Below, piece by piece: positions 10,890 to 22,619 of a stretch of 64,000 bases of DNA; positions within the stretch are counted from its first letter, which is position 1, and the number at the start of each line of letters is the position of its first letter. The stretch covers positions 177,320,001 to 177,384,000 of the forward strand of contig NC_091990.1 in NCBI RefSeq assembly GCF_044704955.1. The letters are read 5' to 3'. Source of the DNA: Pristiophorus japonicus. Taxonomy: Eukaryota. The translations under genes were made by a program, and so were the position numbers. A model generated the notes under the pieces. It did no database searches, was not told the origin of the DNA, and saw nothing but the letters and a program-made list of their open reading frames with translations.

Positions 10890-13800
10890 CTGTGGAAGAG
10901 AGAACAGGATATATAAGCTGTTAGTACATCACCATACAACAAGCTAGATCTCACTGATTCTTGATCTGAGAAACTAGAAAAATACATCCTAGCTGTTTTA
11001 TCAGAGGAGCTACTGCAATGCCTCTGTCCTTTACTTCCATCATGCCGTTTTCTTGTTTTTGAAAAACGTTTTTCCCCGCCTGTGTTGAAGACAATGCGGG
11101 GGATGATTTCATGTCCAAATATTCTGTCGACATCTATTTTTGGGTGCAGATGGGGAGTTGAAGAAGGGAATCAGTTAAAAAGGAGTTCCACCGGATGGCC
11201 ACCTAATCTCTGTCCTCAAGCAATTTCAAGAACATCAGCTTCACTGAGACGAGTGACACCTCAGTCCTTGGGGGCTCCATTGGTACAGTCTCAGACACAA
11301 ATCTCCCAACTTCATGACACTGAAGTAGTTCCACACAGGATGTGAGGATCATAAAATGGAAAGAATTGAGGCACAAGGAGTAGTCACTGTGATAAGAAGT
11401 AGTAGTAATAGTGGCAGCAGGGCACAATGAAAGGACAATACGGTCGTACATGTGATATCTTCAAGAGCACACTTAACACACAGTCTGTATGATGGCTGCA
11501 TTTCCGGAACTTCCTGTGGAAGCCTACTTCCTGTCTGTTGACCTGACTGTTTCTTAAACAGCACTAGCTGCGGTAACACAGTACGTCCACAGTGTGGCGC
11601 TACATACATAACACTTTTCCCTCCTTAATGAAGAAGTCATTATAACAAACAATCATCATATATAACTTGCATGGTTATACATAACAAAGGACATGGACTT
11701 ATTTTGCTATATTTACAAATCAAGCTTAACGACTTGTTTTGTGTTTCGAAGACGATATCTTCACTCTCGAACAGAACCTTCCAAACATGGTGTCGAATTT
11801 AAACTCATTCAAGGCTGATCCTGAGGGAAATTTTCTTCCAAGTGATGCCCTTGATTTCCATTTGAACTCTTTCTCATTTCAGACTGTATGTTTTCCTAAC
11901 TCGGACTCAGACTTACATTCTGACTTTCTCTTGGACTTGTTTTCAGTATATTGGATGTAGGATATGCTACTGGTGTATCAAAACTATCTGATGAGTAAGA
12001 AATAATTAAATCACTCCCACTCTCAACTACTTCCATGTCTGTGGGTAAAATACAATCAATGTGAACAAATCTAACCTGTCCATTATCAAACATCTTGACC
12101 AAATATGAACGAGGACCACATATCTTCACCACTCTTCCTGGTAACCACTTTACCCATTTATGGTGATGGTTCTTCACTCTCTCCTTCTGATTTAATTTCA
12201 CACTTCTCTCTTTTACTCTACCTCTATCATGATTCTTTTTCTGTCTTAATTGTGTCTGTTCTACAGACTGTGCCAAGTTTGGTTTTATCAACGAGAATCT
12301 GGTTCGTGGCTGTCGTTTGAGAAACAACTCTGCTGGTGTTCTACCAGTAGTTGTGTGAGGCGAATTACAATACATTATTAGAAAATTAGCCAATTTGTGG
12401 TCCAATGACAACTGTCATTCCTATGGATTTGGATCCAACGTTTGTTTGATGAGGGCACATTTTACAATTTGTATGGTGCGCTCTGCTGCCTCATTCGAAG
12501 CAGGGTATTATGGTGGAATCTTGGTATGTTTCACACCATTGTTGCTCATGAACTGTGCAAATTCTTCTGAATGAAATTGTGCTCCATTATCCGAAACAAT
12601 TTCTTCTGGGAGGCCAAATGAAGAAAATAATCTTCGCAAAATGTCTAATGTTTTACTTGTTGTTATTTTCCACATTGGAAACACCTCAACCCACTTCGAA
12701 TGGGTATCAATCACAATGAACAATTGTTGTCCTTCTAGCTCAGCAAAATCAATATGTAGCCTTGCCACACTCTGGGAGGCCATTTCCATGGCTATAATGG
12801 TACTGATGGTGGTTGGTTGCTTACCGAATGACATGTGCTGGTCATGGAGGGCTCCTAATAATTTGGACCTGAATTTATTTGGTATAACCACTCTTGCACC
12901 CCACATGATACAATCTTTATCGACTGATAATTCATTCCTACGAATAAAGAATGGATGAATTTCTTTGTCTGTTACCTGGTTTGGCCATCCGTTTGCAATA
13001 TACTCATACACCTTTGACATAAGTGGGGGTCACGTTTGGTTGCTCTACCAATCTCTTCAACTGTGACTGGCAGTTCATCAATGTATGAAAAATAGAACAC
13101 CTTTTCCCTATCGGGTGTAACTTGTGATGGGGAAGGCAATCTAAACATTGCATCAGCATTACTGTGATCAGCTGATCGTCAATATCATATGTATATGCTG
13201 ACAAAATCAAAGCCCATCTCTGCATTCGGGCTGCAGCTCATGTTGGAACTGGGGACTTTGAATGGAGGATTGCTGTCAGGGGCTTATGATCCATAATGAG
13301 AGTAAACTTACGACCATACAAGTAATTGTGGAACTTCTTGAACCCAAAAATTAATGCCAAAGCTTTTCTTTCGATTTGCGCATAATTACACTCACTGGCA
13401 CTGAGCGTGCGTGAAGCAAAAGCAATTGGTCTCTCCTCTCCACTACTTAATACATGAGAGATTACTGCCCCAACTCCATACGGAGAGGCATCACATGCTA
13501 GCTTGATCTCCTTAGATATGTCATAGTGAACTAACATGGTGCTCTCTACCAATTCGCTTTTACACTCCTTGAATGCTGTATCACATTCTTTTGACCACTT
13601 CCAATGGGCCTGTTTTTGCAAAAGTTCCTTCAGTGGATGTAATACTGTTTTGGATCGATAATAATAGATCCAGGTTCAGGATCTGGATGAATGTTAAATA
13701 AGAGACAAAACAAATGAAGTAAAGATAAATCACCATTTACTGAGAGAAAAGAAACATAATATAGTTTACGAAGAAAAGGGAAGTATGATAAGATGCAACA

Positions 13801-14189
13801 AAGCTCACAGCCTTCGGCCTGTCGGGAACTCCACAACGACAACTGGTCAGGAGCCTTGGGGGTCCCGGCCTTGCTCGCGAATCACAGCCCAAGGTGAAGT
13901 TCAAAGAGCTACTGGACAGTTCCGTTCCTTTATACTATTGAACAAACATGGGTGCATGTGGCTTATGGCCAACTCCTAATCTGTAAGGCCCCAGCTGTTC
14001 GTTCACAAAGCATGAGACCTCGAGGCGCCGATCGTCCCATAAACAAGATCAAGGTCTCTCTCTCTCTCTCTGCATCAACAACATTCTACGAGGCATGAAG
14101 CAGAAATCACACTATAAATGTCGGAATATCATAATTAACCCTTTGTGATTAACCCTATACAATACAATCCACCTTGATATTTAGACATT

Positions 14190-15150
14190 CTAAGTAATAT
14201 AATCGAGTTGAAGGCGTAATGCATCAATTACATGTTGAGTATATGCAAGCAACGCCCGCAATCTACACCAAAGAATACATACAAGCAGTAATATCAGTAA
14301 TAACGCGACGAGTAAAATAATGATAGGATATATTGACAGCTTCAAATCGATGGATGTTTTTGGGACCATCCATAAAAGATGTCCCCCCAATGGTGTACCG
14401 TAAGGTCAGTGACCGTTGTCGCAACTCTGACCAAGGTGCCTTCACTGTAACTCATAGCAACTTGCAGAGTATGAAGAGTACGCCGTCATTTGCTCAATTC
14501 GTCAGTGACCTTTTGATTATCTTTTAGAAATTGAGCTAAATGAGTTAGGTCTACAGTGGAAGGAAGGTTAGTAATGCCTAGGACGGTGCGATGGCGCACG
14601 ACAAAATTTTCCATCGTCCCAATCGATATGACGTATTAGAATGAAGGTCATATATGGTATACACATCTTTAAAGCAAGCATTTAGAGGAGGATCTTTATG
14701 TGCGCCGTCAAGATAAATGGGATAGACACTGGTAATACAAACATGATTCTGTCCGATTTCATGTAAAATTGTATCATTGTATGGTACAAGTGTCCAAATA
14801 CATGTTCCCGCTGTATGCTGTAGGGAGCATGGTTCAAACACGTACCGAAAGGCCATATTTGACAATCTTGAGCTTGGTGAGTTCTATTGCTAGCATCAAT
14901 CCACCCTTGAACTTGGGTACCCACAGATTTTGGCCATACAGGTGGGGAAGCACTATAAACTGGCACCAAATGTTGTTTTTTGTGATATTGACTATTCTCA
15001 TAGTAAAGTTACACCCCTGGTCATCACAATGTGTATGTTGCATATCAGGTTTTACCCCTAGATTTCTATTGCCGAAGTGGAATATTTTGCATGCCCTGAC
15101 ATGGCAATACGTTCTAACGCGGCCCTTAATAGTTGCCGGGTTACTTCTTC
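14190..15150 (-). pseudogene. Frameshifted env remnant (C-terminal half) of the ERV
   Basis: Cys-rich ectodomain pieces, helical segment VDLTHLAQFLKDNQKVTDELSK, HHWGDIFYGWS, then TM IYPIIILLVALLLILLLVCILW just before the PPT and 3' LTR. Confidence 0.7.
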
Positions 15151-17567
15151 AAACATGCACAATTGTCTGGGTTTTTGGATTGAAGGCAGCAGCTCGCCAT
15201 CGCCGAAGGCTGTTTTGCCAGACCACTGAGCCATCTGTGAACCAGGCATAGCTATGTTCTTCAGGTGTTAACTGTTCAAAAGACACACCCCAGGAGATCG
15301 GTGACTCTTTGGTTAAACTGACAGACGACTGCGTAAGTTCACTCTCAACTGTTTGTGGGTATGTAGTCGGGTGATTCTTTCTTTTCCCTTACTTGCTCTG
15401 TCTGCGATACACCATTTCCAGTACACTATGGAGCTTTGCTGCGCTCGCCCGACCTTGTGTGGTTCATTTTCTGAGAGAACCCAGGATAATATGGGTAGGT
15501 CTGGTCTTAAACTGACTTTGTCGTCCCCTGTCTGTCCTTCTGTTTCTGTTAGGGCCCAATAACATGCTAATAATTGTTTCTCAAATGGAGTGTAACAAGT
15601 AGCAGCATCTGTCAATTTTCTGGACCAGAACCCTAACGGTATACGAGTGCCATGTTGAACCTGCCACAAACTCCGTACTGCAGTATCATTGGTAAGGGAT
15701 ACCTGTAGCTCCAAAGGCTTTCCAGGCACTCGCGGGGCTAGGGGTAAAGCTTGAGCTACGGCTTCTTTGGCTGCATCAAAAGCCACTTGTTGTTCCTTTA
15801 CCCACTCGAAATGGGCCTTTTTTCGTGTTACGGCATACGGCGGTTTTAATAACATCGTGAGGTGAGCTATGTGTCTCCTCCAGCAACCCAATAGTCCCAC
15901 GAACCATTGTGTCTCCGTTTTATTCATGGGGGGTGGCCATTTCTTGAATTTTATTCTTCACAGGCTCGGATATGATGCGCTCACCCCAGAAACTGGACAG
16001 TCTGGCTAGGGCTCTGCATCTTCTTCGGATTTATCTCTCTGCCCCTATCTCGCATGTGGTGGACTAAAGTAGCTAGGGTTTCTGACACCACTGCCTCGGT
16101 GGGACCCCTTATTAGTTCATCATCGATGTAGTGTGCCAGTGAGACAATAGGAGCCAACGTGCACATGTCCAGGTCCCGGGCCACCAATCCGTGGCATAGG
16201 GTAGGGCTATGTAGGTAACCTTGAGGTAGGCGGTTAAACGTGTATTGCCTCCCTTCCCAAGTGAATGCAAACTGGTCCTGGGATTCTTCCGCTATTGGAA
16301 TGGAGAAAAAGGCATTGACCAGGTCGATTACCGCATACCACTCCGCACCTTCTTCAGACAGCCGCTCTGTTATAGTTACTACATCTGGGACAGCGGTTGC
16401 CAGGGGAGGGGCAAATTTGTTCAGTTGTCAGTAGTCCACAGTCATCCTCCAACTTTTGTCGGGTTTCAGCACAGGCCAAACAGGGCTATTGTAGGGGGAC
16501 ACTGCATATCTAATGATACCCACCCCCTTAGAGCCCTTGTATGGTTTCCCCTATTTCTTTGTGTCCCCAGGTATTCGGTACTGTTTCATAATCACTATAC
16601 GCGATGGCCGTGGTATTACCACTGGTTCCCACTTTGCTTCCCCTGCAATCAGTCATTGCCCGTATCCAGAATGAGAATCGCCCGAACAAGGTGTTGTGTG
16701 TGGTTCCCTTTAAAATGTCCATCCCAATAATATGTTCCTTTACTGCCGATATTAAGACCATTACCCAGCGCGGGGCCCATTTCCCAACGCCAGTCTGATA
16801 GTTGTTCGGACAGCGGGCGTTTCTGTCCCTCCGAACCCATTAATCATCATACGGGTCCCTGTGTGTTTCCTAGGATTTCCATGGATATTAGTAACTTCTG
16901 CCCGTGTCGAGTAAGGCCACATCTCTTTGTATGTTCCTCCCCTGCCAATGTATCATAATCGGAATGTGTGGCCTCAGATCCCCGGGAGCTTGGGTTGATG
17001 TGGTTCTAACGAGGAGTACTCCCGGATCCCGGCCACACCCCTAGTGGAGGGGATTATTAGCCTTCCACAGCTCTTCTACGTTGGGGTATAGGCTAGCGGG
17101 AGGTGGTTTCTCCACATCCGCAGACTTATCGCTATCTGACTTAGTCTCCCTTACCTCCCTCCTTTCACCCTTCCCTGTTCCCGGGACGCAGTGTTGCTTC
17201 CACATGGAATCCCAACAGGAGCGATGTATTCTATCAATTTTTTCCTTGGGGACCCCTGCCTTCAGTAAAGCTGCGAACATGTCCCTCCGCGTAGTTCTTT
17301 TTTTTGTCTTTCCTGACGCTGTATCTTTCCCAGAGGTCGAACCTTGTCGCTGGTCCCGATCCCCCTCTACATTAGCCATTCTTGACTGTCGCACACTATC
17401 TTCTACATCCTCTAACTGTCCTAACACTAGGCAAGCGTGCCCCACCTGCTGCCCTTGGGCTGGTCCCAATAATGCGAGTAGCACCCTACTCATCATAGGA
17501 GGGCCACTCTTCATCAGCCTGCTCCGCATTCCTGCCATAAAGAGCTCCTGATCTGGCCCCCCATATT

Positions 17568-19661
17568 ACATAGAAAATAGGTGCAGGAGGAGGCTATTCG
17601 GCCCTTCTAGCCTGCACCGCCATTCAATAAGTTCATGGCTGAACATGCAACTTCAGTACCCCATTCCTGCTTTCTCGCCATACCCCTTGATCCCCCTAGT
17701 AGTAAGGACTTCATCTAACTCCTTTTTGAATATATTTAGTGAATTGGCCTCAACAACTTTCTGTGGTAGAGAATTCCACAGGTTCACCACTCTCTGGGTG
17801 AAGAAGTTCCTCCTCATCTTGGTCCTAAATGGCTTACCCCTTATCCTTAGACTGTGTCCCCTGGTTCTGGACTTCCCCAACATTGGGAACATTCTTCCTG
17901 CATCTAACCTGTCTAACCCCGTCAGAATTTTAAACATTTCTATGAGGTCCCCTCTCATTCTTCTGAACTCCAGTGAATACAAGCCCAGTTGATCCAGTCT
18001 TTCTTGATAGGTCAGTCCCGCCATCCCGGGAATCAGTCTGGTGAACCTTCGCTGCACTCCCTCAATAGCAAGAATGTCCTTCCTCAGGTTAGGAGACCAA
18101 AACTGTACACAATACTCCAGGTGTGGCCTCACCAAGGCCCTGTACAACTGTAGCAACACCTCCATGCCCCTGTACTCAAATCCCCTCGCTATGAAGGCCA
18201 ACATGCCATTTGCTTTCTTAACCGCCTGCTGTACCTGCATGCCAACCTTCAATGACTGATGTACCATGACACCCAGGTCTCTTTTACCTCCCCTTTTCCT
18301 AATCTGTCACCATTCAGATAATAGTCTGTCTCTCTGTTTTTACCACCAAAGTGGATAACCTCACATTTATCCACATTATACTTCATCTGCCATGCATTTG
18401 CCCACTTACCTAACCTATCCAATCGCTCTGCAGCCTCATAGCATCCTCCTCGCAGCTCACACTGCCACCCAACTTAGTGTCATCCGCAAATTTGGAGATA
18501 CTACATTTAATCCCCTCGTCTAAATCATTAATGTACAGTGTAAACAGCTGGGGCCCCAGCACAGAACTTTGCGGTACCCCACTAGTCACTGCCTGCCATT
18601 CTGAAAAGTCCCCATTTACTCCTACTCTTTGCTTCCTGTCTGACAACCAGTTCTCAATCCATGTCAGCACACTACCCCCAATCCCATGTGCTTTAACTTT
18701 GCACATTAATCTCTTGTGTGGGACCTTGTCGAAAGCCTTCTGAAAGTCCAAATATACCACATCAACTGGTTCTCCCTTGTCCACTCTACTGGAAACATCC
18801 TCAAAAAATTCCAGAAGATTAGTCAAGCATGATTTCCCTTTCACAAATCCATGCCGACTTGGACCTATCATGTCACCTCTTTCCAAATGCACTGCTATGA
18901 CATCCTTAATAATTGATTCCATAATTTTACCCACTACCGATGTCAGGCTGACTGGTCTATAATTCCCTGTTATCTCGCTCCCTCCTTTTTTAAAAAGTGG
19001 GGTTACATTGGCTACCCTCCACTCCATAGGAACTGATCCAGAGTCTATGGAATGTTGGAAAATGACTGTCAATGCATCCACTATTTCCAAGGCCACCTCC
19101 TTAAGTACTGTGGGATGCAGTCCATCAGGCCCTGGGGATTTATCGGCCTTCAATCCCATCACTTTCCCCAACACAATTTCCTGACTAATAAGGATTTCCC
19201 TCAGTTCCTCCTCCTTACTAGACCCTCCGACCCCTTTTATATCTGGAAGGTTGTTTGTGTCCTCCTTAGTGAATACCGAACCAAAGTACTTGTTCAATTG
19301 GTCCGCCATTTCTTTGTTCCCCGTTATGACTTCCCCTGATTCTGACTGCAGGGAACCTACATTTGTCTTTACTAACCTTTTTCTCTTTACATAGCTATAT
19401 AAACTTTTGCAATCCATCTTAATGTTCCCTGCAAGCTTCTTCTCGTACTCCATTTTCCCTGTCCTAATCAAAGCCTTTGTCCTCCTCTGCTGAGTTCTAA
19501 ATTTCTCCCAGTCCCCGGGTTCGCTATTTCTGGCCAATTTGTATGCCACTTCCTTGGCTTTAATACTATCCCTGATTTCCCTTGATAGCCACGGTTGAGC
19601 CACCTTCCCTTTTTTATTTTTACGCCAGACAGGAATGTACAATTGTTGTAGTTCATCCATG
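17568..19661 (-). mobile_element. 5'-truncated CR1 LINE inserted in the ERV gag
   Basis: RT ORF (YLDFQKAFDKVPH, SGVPQ, KFADD), TSD CATATT. Gag reads YHQQY|GGPDQ across the insertion. Confidence 0.92.
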
Positions 19662-20742
19662 CATATTGTTGGTGATATAATCCTCCCTGTGTTGCCATGT
19701 TGCGCAACTGTATCGCACCCTCCGCCATAGTATTCCAAGGTTTTACCTCCCCTTCCCAATCAACGGCAGAGGGATATTTTTGCCGGACCCCTATAGTAAC
19801 CATGTCCCATAGCGAACCTGTGCCCTGGACATTCCGGAGCACTGCAGTGATATGGTGGTCCGCAGTCATGGTCCCCATTTTTATTAACTCTTCGGGGTTA
19901 AGTATTACGCCTGATGCTCCCTGGTCCCAAATCCGGGTTAGCCATTCTGACAATGATTCCCCGGGTTTTTGGTGAAATCGAGACCCTATTTCTTGTAACT
20001 CATGAGTGGTGAAGTCACGCACCCCTCTAGTGATTACCGGCTGTTCCCCATCTTGCTGTTTCGTCTTATTTGTCATAAGGGGTCTAGCTTCTGTGCTCGG
20101 AGCGTATAGGGGAGGGTCTTTAGTTTCCTCCCATTCCCCCCCCCCCTCTCTATCTGTCCACTCATATTCTGAGTCAGAGTACCACATGTCTCCGTCCCAA
20201 CGAGCCGGATCCCAAGTGGGTCCAGCTCCCAATGCACGTACCTTTGACCGATCTATCTGTCATTTCCGTCACCTGGCTTTCTTTTTATTTTGTACTGTCG
20301 CCAGATGGCACGTTAAAATTTCTGATTGTTCATTGACTTTGTCCGGCCATTCTTGTGCAGTGCGGACCGCTTCAGTCAGAGTCGAGTTTTGACTTTCCAA
20401 AACCTTAACAGCTGTTTTTAACTGTCGGTTTTCTGCCTCACTTTCCTGAAGTTGTTTACACATCGCCCTTAATGCTGTCAACAAAATCCATCCCATTTGT
20501 GGGGGACTATTTTTCTCCTGTGGGAAGCTCGCTTCCTCCAGGAGAGACAGTACCGCGTGGGATATGGTTCTATCTTTGCTCTGTTCCAATAACTGCGTAT
20601 CCCAATGTTGTGGGGGTCCAAACCGGTTGGACATTGGCAAGAGAGCCAAAACCCTTATCCCTCATGCTCCACCCTGTTATTCTATACTTCTCTCCCGCAG
20701 GAGGAGACTGCTTCTTGTCTTTTCTCTTGAACATTTTACCAG

Positions 20743-20760
20743 ATCCTGTTCGTGACGCCA
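20743..20760 (-). promoter_or_regulatory. ERV primer-binding site, tRNA-Ser
   Basis: TGGCGTCACGAACAGGAT 3 nt inside the 5' LTR, complementary to the 3' end of vertebrate tRNA-Ser(CGA) (...ATCCTGTTCGTGACGCCA) as recalled. Confidence 0.8.
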
Positions 20761-22619
20761 AAATGTTTTGGATCGATAACAATAGATCCAGCTTTGGGAT
20801 CTGGATGAATGTTAAATAAGAAACAAGACAAATGAAGTAAAGATAAAACACCATTTACTGAGAGAAAAGAAACATAATGCAGTTTACGAAGAAAAGTGAA
20901 ATATGAAAAGATGCAACAAAGCTCACAGTCTTCGGTCCGTCGGGAACTCCGCAACGACAACTGGTCAGGAGGAGACTTGGGGGTCCCGGCCCCGCTCGCG
21001 AATCACGGTCCAAGGTGAAGTTCAAAGAGCTACTGAACAATTCCGTTCCTTTATACTATTGAAGAAACATGGGTGCATGTGGCTTATGTCCAACTCCTAA
21101 TCTGTAAGGCCCCAGCTGCTCTTTCACAAAGCATGAGACCTCGAGGTGCCGATCGTCCCATAAACAAGATGGTGTGCACATCAAGTTCTCTCTCTCTCTG
21201 CATCAACAACATTCCACGAGGCATAAAGCAGAAAACACACTGTAAATGTCGGAATATCATAATTAACCCGATGTGATTAACCCTATACAACACAAGTACT
21301 GTAGCCAAATTTGGTAGGAACTTCCCATAATAGTTCAAAAGACCCAAAAATGATCGAAGTTCAGTGACATTCCTGGGAGTGGGTGCATTTCTGATTGCAT
21401 CCAGCTTTCCCTTGGTTGGATGTAAACCATCTTTGTCTACTCTGTACCCTAGGTTATCCATTGAGTTTTGAAATAACTCACACTTGCGAGCAGACACTCG
21501 TGCTTCTCTAGCTGTTTGAGGACTTCATTTAATATGTTATTATGAATTTGCCTATTTGGTGTTGAAATTAATATGTCATCTAAATAACATACTACCCCTT
21601 CAATACCTTGTAAAATCTGGCTCATCACCCCTTGGAATATGGCAGGGGCAGAAGACACTCCAAACGGTAGCCTATTAAATTGATATAGGCCTAGATGAGT
21701 ATTTATAGTCAAGCATGACTTGGACTCCTTATCTAGTTCAAGCTGTAAGTAGGCATTCATAAGATCCAACTTTGAGAAGATCTGACTACCTGTCAGTGTT
21801 GTGAACAAATCTTCTATATTTGGCAATGTATTGGGGACATTACCCTCTAGAACCTGGTTTACGGTTACTTTATAATCACCACACAATCTTACCTTACCAT
21901 TGGACTTAGGTACAACAACAATGGGTGTAGCCCAATTACATCGATCTATCTTAGAAATAATGTTAGGCACAAGCAAATTTATCAGTGTTTCATACAACTC
22001 GGGCCCGGCCTCAGTTGAGAATATAGCTCTTTTTTGATCCAACACCACCCGGTTCTGGTTTCCATCATCGGGAATTTTGATTATATTATTTGCAGTGAAA
22101 AACATTTCTAGCCGATCCATATATGCTCTGAAACTTTCCCGGTTCCGTTGAAATGTCACCACGTGTCCTATGACTCTGGCAGTTTACCAAGTGTGCTTGT
22201 AATTTACCTTGAGTTTGTAGCTGTTTTCAAAAACAGAGAAGCTCTCAAAGTCTCTCTGTCGGCTGGCTGAATCCTTCACCAACAAAAATTTCACCTTTGT
22301 ATTATCTGATTACATCTCCAGTCTCGTCGCCAATGTGATATCTTCAAGAGCACACTTAACACACAGCCTGTACGATGGCTCTAGTTCCAGAACTTCCTGT
22401 GGAAGCCTCCTCTCTTTGAGGTGACCTGACTGTTTATCAAACAGCACTAGCTGCACTAACACAGCATGTCCACATTGTGGAGCTACATACATACAGTACA
22501 CATGTATTTTGCTGGCAATTTTGTAATTTTGTGTATTTCTTTCCAGGAATGCCTCCTTTGTCATCCCTGCTATATGGTGTTTAATGTTTGTAATTGTCCT
22601 CTTCCACAGATGATATCAG

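Larger units (their letters stand above)
13646..21294 (-). mobile_element. Defective class III (ERV-L/ERV-S-like) endogenous retrovirus
   Basis: LTRs at 13646-14166 and 20764-21294, TSD AATAC/AGTAC, PPT TCAAGGTGGAT. Gag FHQKPGESLSEWLTRIWDQGA, RT (LPQGY..SPT, HYIDD), tether PLGFWS..FEKQLLACYWAL, RNase H FTDGS and an env remnant. Integrase is missing. Confidence 0.88.
11451..22495 (-). mobile_element. Gypsy LTR retrotransposon with internal deletion, hosting a nested ERV
   Basis: LTRs at 11451-11613 and 22334-22495, TSD GTACA, PBS TGGCGACGAG, and a PPT. Gag/RT (YLDD) at 21300-22180, RNase H (CDASPYG) at 13238-13621, integrase at 11896-13020. The empty site is present in unit A near 55450. Confidence 0.92.

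Noticed and set aside
19468-20649. Domesticated Fv1-like gag, or ERV gag as the source of a B7-H6 Gag-like tail
   Set aside because: The gag is frameshifted, split by a CR1, still inside its LTRs and upstream of the C1/TM exons, so it cannot be the cytoplasmic tail.
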